From Nitrospinales bacterium (lineage in GTDB: Bacteria > Nitrospinota > Nitrospinia > Nitrospinales > JAJDAT01): a stretch of DNA of 64,000 bases. Below, one piece after another: positions 50,632 through 59,449 of the stretch. The notes under the pieces are model-generated. The model was not told the origin of the DNA and searched no databases. It saw only the letters and a program-made list of their open reading frames with translations. The position numbers and the translations under genes were made by a program. The stretch is taken from contig JBHHYO010000005.1 of assembly GCA_046757665.1 (NCBI GenBank), positions 1 through 64,000 of the forward strand, given 5' to 3'. Numbering within the stretch: the first letter of the stretch is position 1; each line of letters starts with the position of its first letter.

Positions 50632-53600
50632 GCCTCTACCTTTAATATCTTCAAGCTCTCGATTCCCCGGTCATCGACGATCTTGACCGCCACCTGCCCG
50701 TGCTTTCCGGGTTCAAATGGCAGGGATACCGTTCCCCGGTAGGCTTCGATCAGTTCCTCGTCAATCTCGGCCCTTAAATTTTTCGCCAGCCGCGACCAGC
50801 CGTCTTTTTCGCCGGACATGGGGAAGAATACTTGCCGGGGGTACAGGCTCCTTTCATCGTAATCCATGTCCAGCATCCACAGGGCGATCTTCCCGGTGTC
50901 GCCCGACTCAATGGCTCCGGTCCTGGTGTTGTAGTAATCGAATCCATGCACTTCCACCTCGAATTTTCCCTTGTCCTCCCCCTTGCCGATTCGGCGAAGC
51001 TCCACGTCCGGCTGGCCGATCAGCCAGAACGACTGGTTGCCGGAGCGTCTCTTTTTGAGGTCGTCGGTCAGCAAGTCGGTGTTCATTTGCACCTTGAGGA
51101 AGATCATACCGGTTTTTTCTTCCGTCAGTTCGTCAATGTCTTTTGCCGCTTCCGGATCAAACTGGAACGATGCGAAGAGGATGATGGCGGGCTTGGGAAT
51201 CAGGGCCCGGGCTTCATGCCAGGCCATCTCCACCTGTTTCTGCTCCAGCGGCGCGTGTTCCGGACCGTAGGAAATGACCACCCTCTGCGGCTTGCCGTAG
51301 ATGACATCTTTTTCCTTGACCGTATCCTTGCCCTTGTCGTTGGGCCGGGTCTCGGCGTCGGCATGGAGCCAGCGCGTGCCGGCCAGCGGCTCGACGCGGG
51401 AGAACAAAATCATCTGCCCGTTCTTGCCGCGCACCCCGGTTTTTAGCAATTCGCTCCGCCATTCATCATGACGTTGCGTTTCTCCCGATCTTGCAACCGA
51501 CTCATCGGCGTCAAATCCCCTCTCCCCATGGGAGAGGGTTGGGGTGAGGGCATCATAAATACTCTGCAACACCCCTTCTGTCTGGGCGAACACCTCGTTA
51601 TTCCAGAATCGCAGGACATGAACACCTTTTTGCTCGAAAAAAGCCGTGCGTTTCCGGTCGTCGGCCTCCCTTTTCGGCTCGTTGTGTTGACCACCGTCGA
51701 GTTCGATGCCCAAGCGCGCCTCGTGGCAGTAAAAATCCAGAACATAGGGATCAACCGGGTGTTGCCGCCGAAATTTGCATCCCGCCAGGCGGCGGTCGCG
51801 CAACAGCGCCCAAAGCAGTTGTTCCGCCTGCGTTTGTTCCTTGCGGAGTTTGCGCGCAAATTCCAGAAGATCGGCGGGCAGGGGTTTCTTCCCCTCACCC
51901 TTCCCCCTCTCCCCATGGGAGAGGGTTGGGGTGAGGGCTTCCTCTAATGGTTTGACCATCGGGGCGGGCACGGCCTCGACGGTGAACGGGCCGGTGACCC
52001 TGGCGCGGGATTTATCCAGTTCAGGCTGATCGTACAGGGTTTCCCGTCCAGGCGGCTCGTTGTTAGCGATGGATTTCAGGGTGATGTGCGGCACCGTCTT
52101 GTAAACGAACCCGCTCCCCACCCCCTCGTCCGGGTGCGCCAGCTTGTAATAGTCGTACAAGGCCGTCATGATCCTCTGCTTGGCCAGCGTGACGGCAACT
52201 CGTGAAGTATCGCAGGTAATCCACCGCCGCCCCCACTGCTCCGCCACGTACGCCGTCGTTCCCGAACCGCAAGTCGGATCGAACACCAAATCGCCGGGGT
52301 CCGTCGTCATGAGGAGGCAACGCTGGATTACCTTGGTCGAAGTCATCACAACATACCGGACACCTTCATTAAATCTAAATACCGTGGTGTCCTCCCATAA
52401 ATGGGAAAGTCCTTGATATGGAAAATCTTCGATATAACGTTTATAACAAAGGCGTTTTTCGCCACGAATCACTAATCTTTTTAATTGCTTTAATCTATCT
52501 AGGCCCTCGATAGAACAGCTCCAGTGTCTGTCTTTCCCGGGGTGAAAACATTTGTCCTTGTATTCATAATTAGTGGTTCTATTTGGAGAAGGATTTTGGG
52601 AAGTAAGGTCAGACATCCAAAAACGCTTTCCATTGGGAATTGGTTCAAAACCCTCCAACTGTTTTTTAGTAAGCGCACACCATGTACCATTCGGCTTTTC
52701 CACATATTTATAATTTTCCAGAATGGCATCCCTGGGTTTTGGAATGAAAAGCGAACGATACTTCACATGTTTTTTTTCCTTTCCATACCAAAGAACATAA
52801 TCCATAACTGTAGGGATGAGGTTTGATGTTGCGCTACTGGTTTTTACAAATTGGATTTGGGAACAAAAATTTTTTACCCCAAAAACCTCATCCATCAAAT
52901 TTCGCACGAGGTGCACATTCTCGTCGCTGATCTGCACGAAGCACGAGCCGCTTTCGTGGAGCAGTTCGCGGGCCAGCAGTAAGCGGTCGCGCAGGTAAGT
53001 CAAATACGAGTGAATCCCCAGTTCCCAGGTGTCGCGGAAGGCGCGGATCATTTCCGGCTCCTGGTTCAAGTCGTCGTCCTTGCCGTCCTTCACGTCCCGC
53101 TTATTGACGAACGGCTGGAAATTGGAGCCGTATTTGATGCCGTAAGGCGGGTCGATATAGACCATCTGCACCTGTCCCGCCATGCCCTCCTTCTCCAGCA
53201 GGGAGTTCATGACCAGCAGGGAATCCCCGGCAATCAACCGGTTCGACCAGTTATGGGCGTGTTTGTAAAAGTCCAGAGCTTCTCTTAATGGCGGGTTTTC
53301 CTCCGGCGACTCGAACAATCCCATTTGCCCGTGGTCGTTGCCGTTGCGCCTTTTAACGGCTTCCATGACGGTTTTGGGGTCCATGCGTTCATGAACGTGC
53401 AGGGAGACGGTGGGGACTTCAAAACTGGTATGCTCGGTTTTCCCTGCCCATTGCAGGGCGGGGTCGAGGTGGGGATCGTAGGAGTATTTCTTCTTGCCCG
53501 ATTCTTTATCCGTGGCGGGAGTGACGAGTCCTACCGGAGGGTTGTTCTTCCGCTTCTTGTCCTCATGGCCGTATTGTTCGATGGGTTTTTTGGAAGATTT

Positions 53601-53633
53601 AACTTTGGATTTGACATTCTTTTGGCGAGCCAT
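50628..53633 (-). CDS. Type III R-M Mod subunit (N6-adenine DNA methyltransferase) with in-frame DUF559 insertion
   Basis: YIDPPYG motif IV, TRD, DPTCGSGTT motif I (beta-class order); extra DUF559-like domain in the C-terminal half. Confidence 0.92.
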   Translation of the reverse strand: MARQKNVKSKVKSSKKPIEQYGHEDKKRKNNPPVGLVTPATDKESGKKKYSYDPHLDPALQWAGKTEHTSFEVPTVSLHVHERMDPKTVMEAVKRRNGNDHGQMGLFESPEENPPLREALDFYKHAHNWSNRLIAGDSLLVMNSLLEKEGMAGQVQMVYIDPPYGIKYGSNFQPFVNKRDVKDGKDDDLNQEPEMIRAFRDTWELGIHSYLTYLRDRLLLARELLHESGSCFVQISDENVHLVRNLMDEVFGVKNFCSQIQFVKTSSATSNLIPTVMDYVLWYGKEKKHVKYRSLFIPKPRDAILENYKYVEKPNGTWCALTKKQLEGFEPIPNGKRFWMSDLTSQNPSPNRTTNYEYKDKCFHPGKDRHWSCSIEGLDRLKQLKRLVIRGEKRLCYKRYIEDFPYQGLSHLWEDTTVFRFNEGVRYVVMTSTKVIQRCLLMTTDPGDLVFDPTCGSGTTAYVAEQWGRRWITCDTSRVAVTLAKQRIMTALYDYYKLAHPDEGVGSGFVYKTVPHITLKSIANNEPPGRETLYDQPELDKSRARVTGPFTVEAVPAPMVKPLEEALTPTLSHGERGKGEGKKPLPADLLEFARKLRKEQTQAEQLLWALLRDRRLAGCKFRRQHPVDPYVLDFYCHEARLGIELDGGQHNEPKREADDRKRTAFFEQKGVHVLRFWNNEVFAQTEGVLQSIYDALTPTLSHGERGFDADESVARSGETQRHDEWRSELLKTGVRGKNGQMILFSRVEPLAGTRWLHADAETRPNDKGKDTVKEKDVIYGKPQRVVISYGPEHAPLEQKQVEMAWHEARALIPKPAIILFASFQFDPEAAKDIDELTEEKTGMIFLKVQMNTDLLTDDLKKRRSGNQSFWLIGQPDVELRRIGKGEDKGKFEVEVHGFDYYNTRTGAIESGDTGKIALWMLDMDYDERSLYPRQVFFPMSGEKDGWSRLAKNLRAEIDEELIEAYRGTVSLPFEPGKHGQVAVKIVDDRGIESLKILKVEA
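51517..51551. repeat. 35-bp palindromic direct repeat, copy 1
   Basis: CCCCTCTCCCCATGGGAGAGGGTTGGGGTGAGGGC. Confidence 0.95.
51904..51938. repeat. 35-bp palindromic direct repeat, copy 2 (part of a longer hairpin starting at 51892)
   Basis: Identical to copy 1; upstream CCCTCACCC (51892-51900) pairs with GGGTGAGGG (51929-51937). Confidence 0.95.
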
Positions 53634-53699
53634 CCCAGTATCTCCAGTGGGACACGATTTTAACTTCAGGCTGATTAAACTACACGGGCGGGTGGAAAG

Positions 53700-55052
53700 T
53701 CAACAAGGAGCTTCGGCGTTCCGACCGGCAAGGCAAGCGCCCTTGAGGACGTGGCCGGAGGCCTCTTGCACCTTGACGGTCACGAAGTCGCCGGGTTTGA
53801 GGGCGCCGGTTGCGCCGTTGACATGCACCATCCAGTAGTGTGCGTTGCGGCCCTTGAAGTCGGCGCCGTCACGGCCGGCGCGTCCCTCGATCAACACCTC
53901 CACCTCACCGCCGACGTACTTGGCGCCGTTTTGCGCCGTCAGGCGTTTTTGCAGTTCGAGGACGGTTTGCAGGCGTTCCTTCTTCACCGCGTCGGGCACG
54001 GTGTCCGGCAGGTTCTCCGCCGGCGTGCCGGGGCGCGGGCTGTAGGCGAACATATAACTGCTGTCGTAACCGACGCGCTCCATCAGGCGCAATGTCTCCC
54101 GAAACTCCGCGTCGGTTTCGCCGGGGAAGCCGACGATGATGTCGGTGGACAGGGCGATATCCGGGACGGCGGATTTCAGGTCATCGACGAGCCGCAGGTA
54201 TTCCGCCGACGTGTAACCGCGGCGCATCGCCCGCAGAACCCGGTCGCCGCCGCACTGCACGGGCAGGTGAAGGTGGTTCGCCAAGACGCCGAGGTCGCGG
54301 TAGGCGCGGACGGTTTGCGGCGTGAAATCATTGGGATGGCTGGTGGTGAAGCGCAATCGCTCGACGCCGGGGATTGCCGCCACGCCGTACAGCAGTTCGT
54401 GAAACGCCGTGGGCCGGCGCAGGCCGTGTTTGCCGTAGGCGTTGACGTTTTGCCCCAGCAAAATGATTTCGCGCGCGCCGCGGCGCACCAACTGCCGCGC
54501 TTCGGCGTAAATTTCCCCGGCCTCCCGCGACTTCTCCCGCCCGCGGGTCAGCGGCACAATGCAGAAGCTGCAAAACTTGTCGCAACCTTTGATGATGTTG
54601 ACGAACGCCGACGGCCCCGGCGTCCGCGGGCCTTCCAGCGCCGGGATGGAATATTCTTTTTCCTTGTCGAACTCCGTCCAGACCAGCGGCCGGCTCCGGG
54701 TTTGCACCCGGTCGATGGCCGTGGCGATGCGTTCCACCGTGTCCGGCCCCAAAACGAAATCCAGCCAGGGAAATTTCCTGACCAGCCGGTCGCCCTCCTG
54801 TTGCGCCAGGCACCCCGTCAGCCCCAGCATCAATCCGGGATTGCTCTTCTTGAGCGGTCGAAAACTGCCCAGCAGTGACACGATTTTGTGCTCGGCCTTT
54901 TCCCGCACGGAGCAGGTGTTGACCAGAATAAGATCCGCGTCTTCCTTGCGGAGCGTGCGCAGGTAACCGGAATGGAACAGCAGAAGCTCCATACGGTCGG
55001 TGTCCGCCACGTTCATCTGGCAACCGAAAGTTTGCAGGTAAACTTGTTTCAT
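53700..55052 (-). CDS. miaB: tRNA-2-methylthio-N6-dimethylallyladenosine synthase
   Basis: TFGCQMN, NTCSVREKAE, GCDKFCSFCIVP, RLRFTTSHP, DIIVGFPGET, TRAM domain. Confidence 0.95.
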   Translation of the reverse strand: MKQVYLQTFGCQMNVADTDRMELLLFHSGYLRTLRKEDADLILVNTCSVREKAEHKIVSLLGSFRPLKKSNPGLMLGLTGCLAQQEGDRLVRKFPWLDFVLGPDTVERIATAIDRVQTRSRPLVWTEFDKEKEYSIPALEGPRTPGPSAFVNIIKGCDKFCSFCIVPLTRGREKSREAGEIYAEARQLVRRGAREIILLGQNVNAYGKHGLRRPTAFHELLYGVAAIPGVERLRFTTSHPNDFTPQTVRAYRDLGVLANHLHLPVQCGGDRVLRAMRRGYTSAEYLRLVDDLKSAVPDIALSTDIIVGFPGETDAEFRETLRLMERVGYDSSYMFAYSPRPGTPAENLPDTVPDAVKKERLQTVLELQKRLTAQNGAKYVGGEVEVLIEGRAGRDGADFKGRNAHYWMVHVNGATGALKPGDFVTVKVQEASGHVLKGACLAGRNAEAPC

Positions 55053-55090
55053 ACGAGACGAGTGAGAGGAAATTATCGGACCCGGGCGGG

Positions 55091-55588
55091 TTATTTCCCG
55101 GAGACCGCTATGCGACCGGCCAGCAGAGGGGTGTCCTTGGCAAACACTTTCGCCGAAACGATTTTTTCCTGGTTCAGGACAAAAATCAAATGGCGCTTCG
55201 GATAACGGGCCACGCCGGATTTAAACGACTCCGGCACGCCGTATTTTTCGATCATGGTTTTAAAACTGTCGCCAATCTTGATCCCGGCGGCAAAACGGCC
55301 CGCGAATCTCAGGCTCACCTCGATACCCTCGACTACGCTTCCCTTGTTTACGGCATGGATGACGACTCCGTGGTCTACATACGCAATGGCGATGCCGTCG
55401 GATAAGCGGTCGGTTCCCCGTCTCACCTGGATTCTTTTGGGAAGGCCCAACAGTTTAAAAGCATCCGTCAGGGGCATACCGACTTTCAGGTTTTCCCCGA
55501 CGACCAACTCGTTTTCGTTTTCAGCCCCGGCGGGAATCGCGGAACAAGCAACAAACAGCGCAAGGAAAATCAGTTTGACGAATTTCAC
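55091..55588 (-). CDS. Exported hypothetical protein
   Basis: GAGGGAG RBS, GTG start, signal peptide; internal duplication LKVGM...LGLP / IKIGD...YGVP. Confidence 0.7.
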   Translation of the reverse strand: MKFVKLIFLALFVACSAIPAGAENENELVVGENLKVGMPLTDAFKLLGLPKRIQVRRGTDRLSDGIAIAYVDHGVVIHAVNKGSVVEGIEVSLRFAGRFAAGIKIGDSFKTMIEKYGVPESFKSGVARYPKRHLIFVLNQEKIVSAKVFAKDTPLLAGRIAVSGK

Positions 55589-55758
55589 GGGTTCTCCCTC
55601 GGAATATGGCGTTGATCACCGATGCCGCTAGCGGCGCGGCTTTTTATTATAACCCCTGACGGGCGTTTTACTAAAAAATTAGAGTCTGTCATTTTACCAA
55701 AAGAAGCCCCGCATTGGCGACATGAAAAATCCGCGGCGCTTTTCCCTCCTTTTGTTCG

Positions 55759-57084
55759 CTACGAGAATGGTTCTCCCATGTTTTTCCGGCGGTCGCGTTT
55801 CTTTTTGGTTTTGTCTTTTTGATATTTCCGCCATTGAGCCGGGTCGTCTTTTTTGGAAACGGCGATTTCCTCCGAAACGCTTGCCAGAACCGGCGGCGGG
55901 ACTTTGCGCGCCGGGGCCCTGGGTTTGCGGATCGCGTATTTTCTTTTGCCCTCGCACTCCTTGAGCGTCAGGCCGGACTCCATTTCATACAGGTCCTTGA
56001 GCGCCGGGGAGCGCCGTTTGGCGAACAGGGCTTCGCCGCGGCTTTTGATTTCCCCGGCGTTGACGAGCCCCGTCCGCCAGTCCCGCGGAATGCGCGCAAA
56101 CCCGTAAAGCGCCCCGGCGAGGGCTCCGGTCACCGCGCCCAGCCTGTCCGCCTCGCCCCCCCGGTTGAGGACAGAAGTCAGGACGGGGGCAAAACCGTTC
56201 CCGGCTTGCAACAGCGTGGCCACGGCCAAGGGCAACAGGGTCAGCGTATACCCCTGGGCCGCGTGGGAGACGGGTTGCCGGGTAAAGTCCGAGGCGTAGC
56301 GGCAGATCAGGCGGGCAAGCTCCGGCAGTTCCACTCGTCCGAGGTTTTCTTCCAGCAGGCTGAATACGCCGTCCAGCGCCAGGCTTTCCTTGTCCTGCAT
56401 GTCGTTGCCCAGTCGGGTTTGCAGGCCGGCGCGGATTTCCCGGCAAAACGCCGCCGCCGCCGGCAGAACGCCTTCCAGAGCTGTCGCCGGCGCCTCTTCC
56501 GGGCCGATTTCCAGGGGCAAAAACCGGTTGATGAGAAAAGCGGTCAGCGCCACGCCCATCAATTCCACGGGGTTCCGGGTCAGCAGTATACCGAGGTCCA
56601 GGCAACGCTCGCGGATGACGCCGGGCCGCCCGCGGTAGTAGAGCGCAATGGGAACGGCCAGGGCGAGATACGCGCCGTTACACACGTTCGCATCTGCCCG
56701 CGTCAGGTCATCCCGCCGGGACAGCTCTTCCGCCGTCTTGCGAAACCAGGCGTCCGGGTTGCGGTAAACGCCGAAATAAGTTTCCGGTCCGCCCTGGCTC
56801 AACTCCTGAAAGCGGCCGGCGGCTTCCGGCAAATCGATACCCTTGTGCTGAAGAAGCGTATCGCAAACGACCAGGGCCATCTGCGTCTGCCAGCCGTAGA
56901 GCCCCTGCATCCTGTAATGGCGAACGCCCCGGCCGAGGAACGGACGCACGTCCTTGTACCCGTCCATCACGCGGAAACACTGAGCGATGGTCGCCGGCTT
57001 GAGGCCACGCGCTGTCGAGCCCATGGCATCGCCCACCGCCATGCCGAACCAGCTTCCCAACACCTTGTCCTGGGTTGTTTTCAT
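55759..57084 (-). CDS. ADP-ribosylglycohydrolase (DraG/ARH) family protein with atypical motifs
   Basis: GMAVGDAMG, TQMAL, NGA, GGEAD...GALAGALYG..RIP..W; basic C-terminal tail. Confidence 0.82.
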   Translation of the reverse strand: MKTTQDKVLGSWFGMAVGDAMGSTARGLKPATIAQCFRVMDGYKDVRPFLGRGVRHYRMQGLYGWQTQMALVVCDTLLQHKGIDLPEAAGRFQELSQGGPETYFGVYRNPDAWFRKTAEELSRRDDLTRADANVCNGAYLALAVPIALYYRGRPGVIRERCLDLGILLTRNPVELMGVALTAFLINRFLPLEIGPEEAPATALEGVLPAAAAFCREIRAGLQTRLGNDMQDKESLALDGVFSLLEENLGRVELPELARLICRYASDFTRQPVSHAAQGYTLTLLPLAVATLLQAGNGFAPVLTSVLNRGGEADRLGAVTGALAGALYGFARIPRDWRTGLVNAGEIKSRGEALFAKRRSPALKDLYEMESGLTLKECEGKRKYAIRKPRAPARKVPPPVLASVSEEIAVSKKDDPAQWRKYQKDKTKKKRDRRKNMGEPFS

Positions 57085-57102
57085 GAAATCATCCCCGCGA
57101 TT

Positions 57103-57867
57103 TCAGCGGATGGCGAGAAGGTCCGTGGGCCGGTCCTGCCGGGCCAGAATCATGTCCGCGGAGCTTCGTTGCAGACTCTGCCGCACCGTCACTTCCGCGA
57201 TGGCGGGATGGTTGTTCTTCTCGCTCAGGTGCATCAAAACCACCGTTTGCAGGCCGTCGTGGTTGACCGCGGACAAAAGGTCGGCGCAGGCTTCATTGGA
57301 AAGGTGCCCCAGGTCGCTTTTGATCCTTCTCTTCAAAGCCCAGGGGTAGGCTCCGGCGTCGAGCATTTCGACATCGTGGTTGGCCTCCAGCAGAAGCGCG
57401 TCGGCGTTTTTCAGTTTTTCGCGCACCAGCGGGGTGACGGAGCCCAGGTCGGTGGCGTGTCCCAGCTTGCGGTTTCCGCAACCGATAACGAAGGCCACCG
57501 GTTCCGCCGCGTCGTGAGGGGTGGCGTAGGCCTCCACGCACAGGTCACCGATCATGACCCGGCACGAGGGTTTCAGTACCCGCCGGTCGGCAATGTTCTG
57601 CTTGCCGGTTTCCTGGTGCGTTCCCGCCGTGCCATAAACAGGCAAGCGATATTTCCGCGTCACCGGGCCAAGCCCCTTGACGTGGTCGCTGTGTTCGTGC
57701 GTCAGAAACACCGCGTCCACATCCTCCGGCGCGCGGCCGATGGCCTGAAGCCTGGCGGTCAACTCCTTCTGGCTCAGCCCGGCGTCGATCAGGATTCGCG
57801 AGCCGGGAGATTCGACATAGATGCAGTTGCCCTTGCTACCGCTGGAAAGTACGGAGAATCTGAAAAT
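57103..57867 (-). CDS. MBL-fold metallo-hydrolase, YycJ/WalJ-like (probable ATT start)
   Basis: FSVLSSGSKGNC, LIDAGLS, THEHSDH, TPHDA, ATDLG, EANHD, GHLSN, HLSEKNN. Confidence 0.9.
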   Translation of the reverse strand: MFRFSVLSSGSKGNCIYVESPGSRILIDAGLSQKELTARLQAIGRAPEDVDAVFLTHEHSDHVKGLGPVTRKYRLPVYGTAGTHQETGKQNIADRRVLKPSCRVMIGDLCVEAYATPHDAAEPVAFVIGCGNRKLGHATDLGSVTPLVREKLKNADALLLEANHDVEMLDAGAYPWALKRRIKSDLGHLSNEACADLLSAVNHDGLQTVVLMHLSEKNNHPAIAEVTVRQSLQRSSADMILARQDRPTDLLAIR

Positions 57868-57933
57868 GACGTCTCCTTAAGGTTGTGGGGGTTGACGGCG
57901 CCCGGCGCAACGGACGCGGCGGGGGAAACCGGT

Positions 57934-59418
57934 TCAGTCCTCGATCTGCGCTTTCTGAAGTGTGCCGCTGTAATCCACGTACACCGATTTCCATTCGGTA
58001 AAAATGTCCAGGGCCGCCGTGCCGGCTTCGCGGTGGCCGTTGCCGGTTCCCTTGGTTCCTCCGAAGGGAAGCTGGATTTCCGCGCCGATGGTGGATGAGT
58101 TGATATAAACGATGCCCGTGTCCAGGCGCTCCATCGCCCGAAACGCCCGGTTCACATCCTGAGTATAAATCGCCGAGGACAGGCCGTACCGGGAGTCGTT
58201 AACAATTTCCACGGCGTGTTCCAGCGATTTGCAGGAGATCAGGCCCAGAACGGGGCCGAAAATTTCCTCCTGGGCGATGCGCATTTTCGGATGCACGTCG
58301 GCGAACAGCGTCGGTTTGTAAAAATAGCCTGCCTTGCATTCCTTGCCGCCGTGGTAGCCGCCGCCGACCAGCAACTCTGCGCCCTCTTCCTTGCCGAGGA
58401 CGACATAGCGGTGAACTCTTTCCCGTTGCGTCGCGTTGATCAGGGGGCCGACGTCGGTTTTCGGGTTCAGTCCGTCGCCGCATTTCAGGGTTTTGACGCG
58501 CCGCACCAGCAGGTCGGTGAATTTTTTAATGATCTTCCGGCTGACGATGACGCGGCTACAAGCGGTGCACCGTTGTCCCGTGGTTCCGAAAGCGCCCCAG
58601 ACCACGCCTTCGACGGCGGACTCCAGATTGGCATCTTCCAAAACGATGATGGCGTTCTTGCCCCCCATTTCCAGCGAAAACTGTTTCATCTGCCGGGCGC
58701 AGTCACTGGCAATCGCGCCGCCGGTTTCCGTCGAACCGGTGAACGACACCAGATTGACTTCCGGATGGTTGACCAGGGGCACGCCGACATGCTCTCCCGA
58801 TCCTGTGACCAGGTTCAACACGCCGGGCGGCAGGCCGGCTTCCTCGAACAGCTTGACGAAATTGCAGGCGGAGAGCGGCGTATCGCTGGCGGGCTTGAAC
58901 ACCACGGTGTTGCCGGTCACCAAGGCGGGAATCAGTTTCCACGACGGGATGGCGATGGGAAAATTCCAGGGGGTAATGGCGGCGGCCAGGCCGACCGGCA
59001 TCCGCACCGACAGGCAAAACTTGTTCGTCAACTCGGAGGGGCAAGTCTGCCCGTGCAACCGCCTTCCCTCGCCGGCGGTGAAATAGGCCAGGTCGATGCC
59101 TTCCTGAACGTCGCCGCGGGTTTCTTTGAGGATTTTCCCCATTTCGCGGGTCATTTGTTGGGCGAGGGGTTCTTTTTGCCGCGCCAGCATCTCGGCAACG
59201 CGGTAAAGAATTTCGGCGCGTTTGGGAGCCGGGGTGTTGCGCCAGGAGGCGCGCGCCTGCGCTGCGGCGGCGACGGCCATATTGACGTCCTCCGCCGTCG
59301 ATTGCTGAAACCGGCCCAGCACCTCCTGGTGGTTGGCGGGGTTTCTGTTCTCAAACGTTTCGCCGCCGGCGGACGGGCGCCACTCACCGTTGATAAAATT
59401 GTGATAGGTCTTGGTCAT
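57934..59418 (-). CDS. Aldehyde dehydrogenase family protein
   Basis: [43 protein letters not shown]. Confidence 0.95.
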   Translation of the reverse strand: MTKTYHNFINGEWRPSAGGETFENRNPANHQEVLGRFQQSTAEDVNMAVAAAAQARASWRNTPAPKRAEILYRVAEMLARQKEPLAQQMTREMGKILKETRGDVQEGIDLAYFTAGEGRRLHGQTCPSELTNKFCLSVRMPVGLAAAITPWNFPIAIPSWKLIPALVTGNTVVFKPASDTPLSACNFVKLFEEAGLPPGVLNLVTGSGEHVGVPLVNHPEVNLVSFTGSTETGGAIASDCARQMKQFSLEMGGKNAIIVLEDANLESAVEGVVWGAFGTTGQRCTACSRVIVSRKIIKKFTDLLVRRVKTLKCGDGLNPKTDVGPLINATQRERVHRYVVLGKEEGAELLVGGGYHGGKECKAGYFYKPTLFADVHPKMRIAQEEIFGPVLGLISCKSLEHAVEIVNDSRYGLSSAIYTQDVNRAFRAMERLDTGIVYINSSTIGAEIQLPFGGTKGTGNGHREAGTAALDIFTEWKSVYVDYSGTLQKAQIED

Positions 59419-59449
59419 CCTCGGCAGAATAGCAAATGCCCCTAGGTTG

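Larger units (their letters stand above)
51517..51938 (-). mobile_element. Putative repeat-bounded DUF559 endonuclease cassette inserted in frame in mod
   Basis: ARKLRKEQTQAEQLLW...FRRQHP...DFYC...IELDGGQH...LRFWNNEV lies between identical 35-bp repeats spaced 387 bp apart. Confidence 0.65.

Noticed and set aside
51517-51938. Insert in mod as an intein or IS element
   Set aside because: No Cys/Ser start or His-Asn end splicing motifs and no transposase; the bounds are direct repeats, not terminal inverted repeats.
50628-53633. Phase-variable simple sequence repeat in mod (phasevarion)
   Set aside because: No long homopolymer or short tandem tract was seen in the gene.
45419-53700. tRNA-Val as the integration site of the R-M island
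   Set aside because: The tRNA 3' end faces thrS, away from the island; no duplicated tRNA end or integrase was found.
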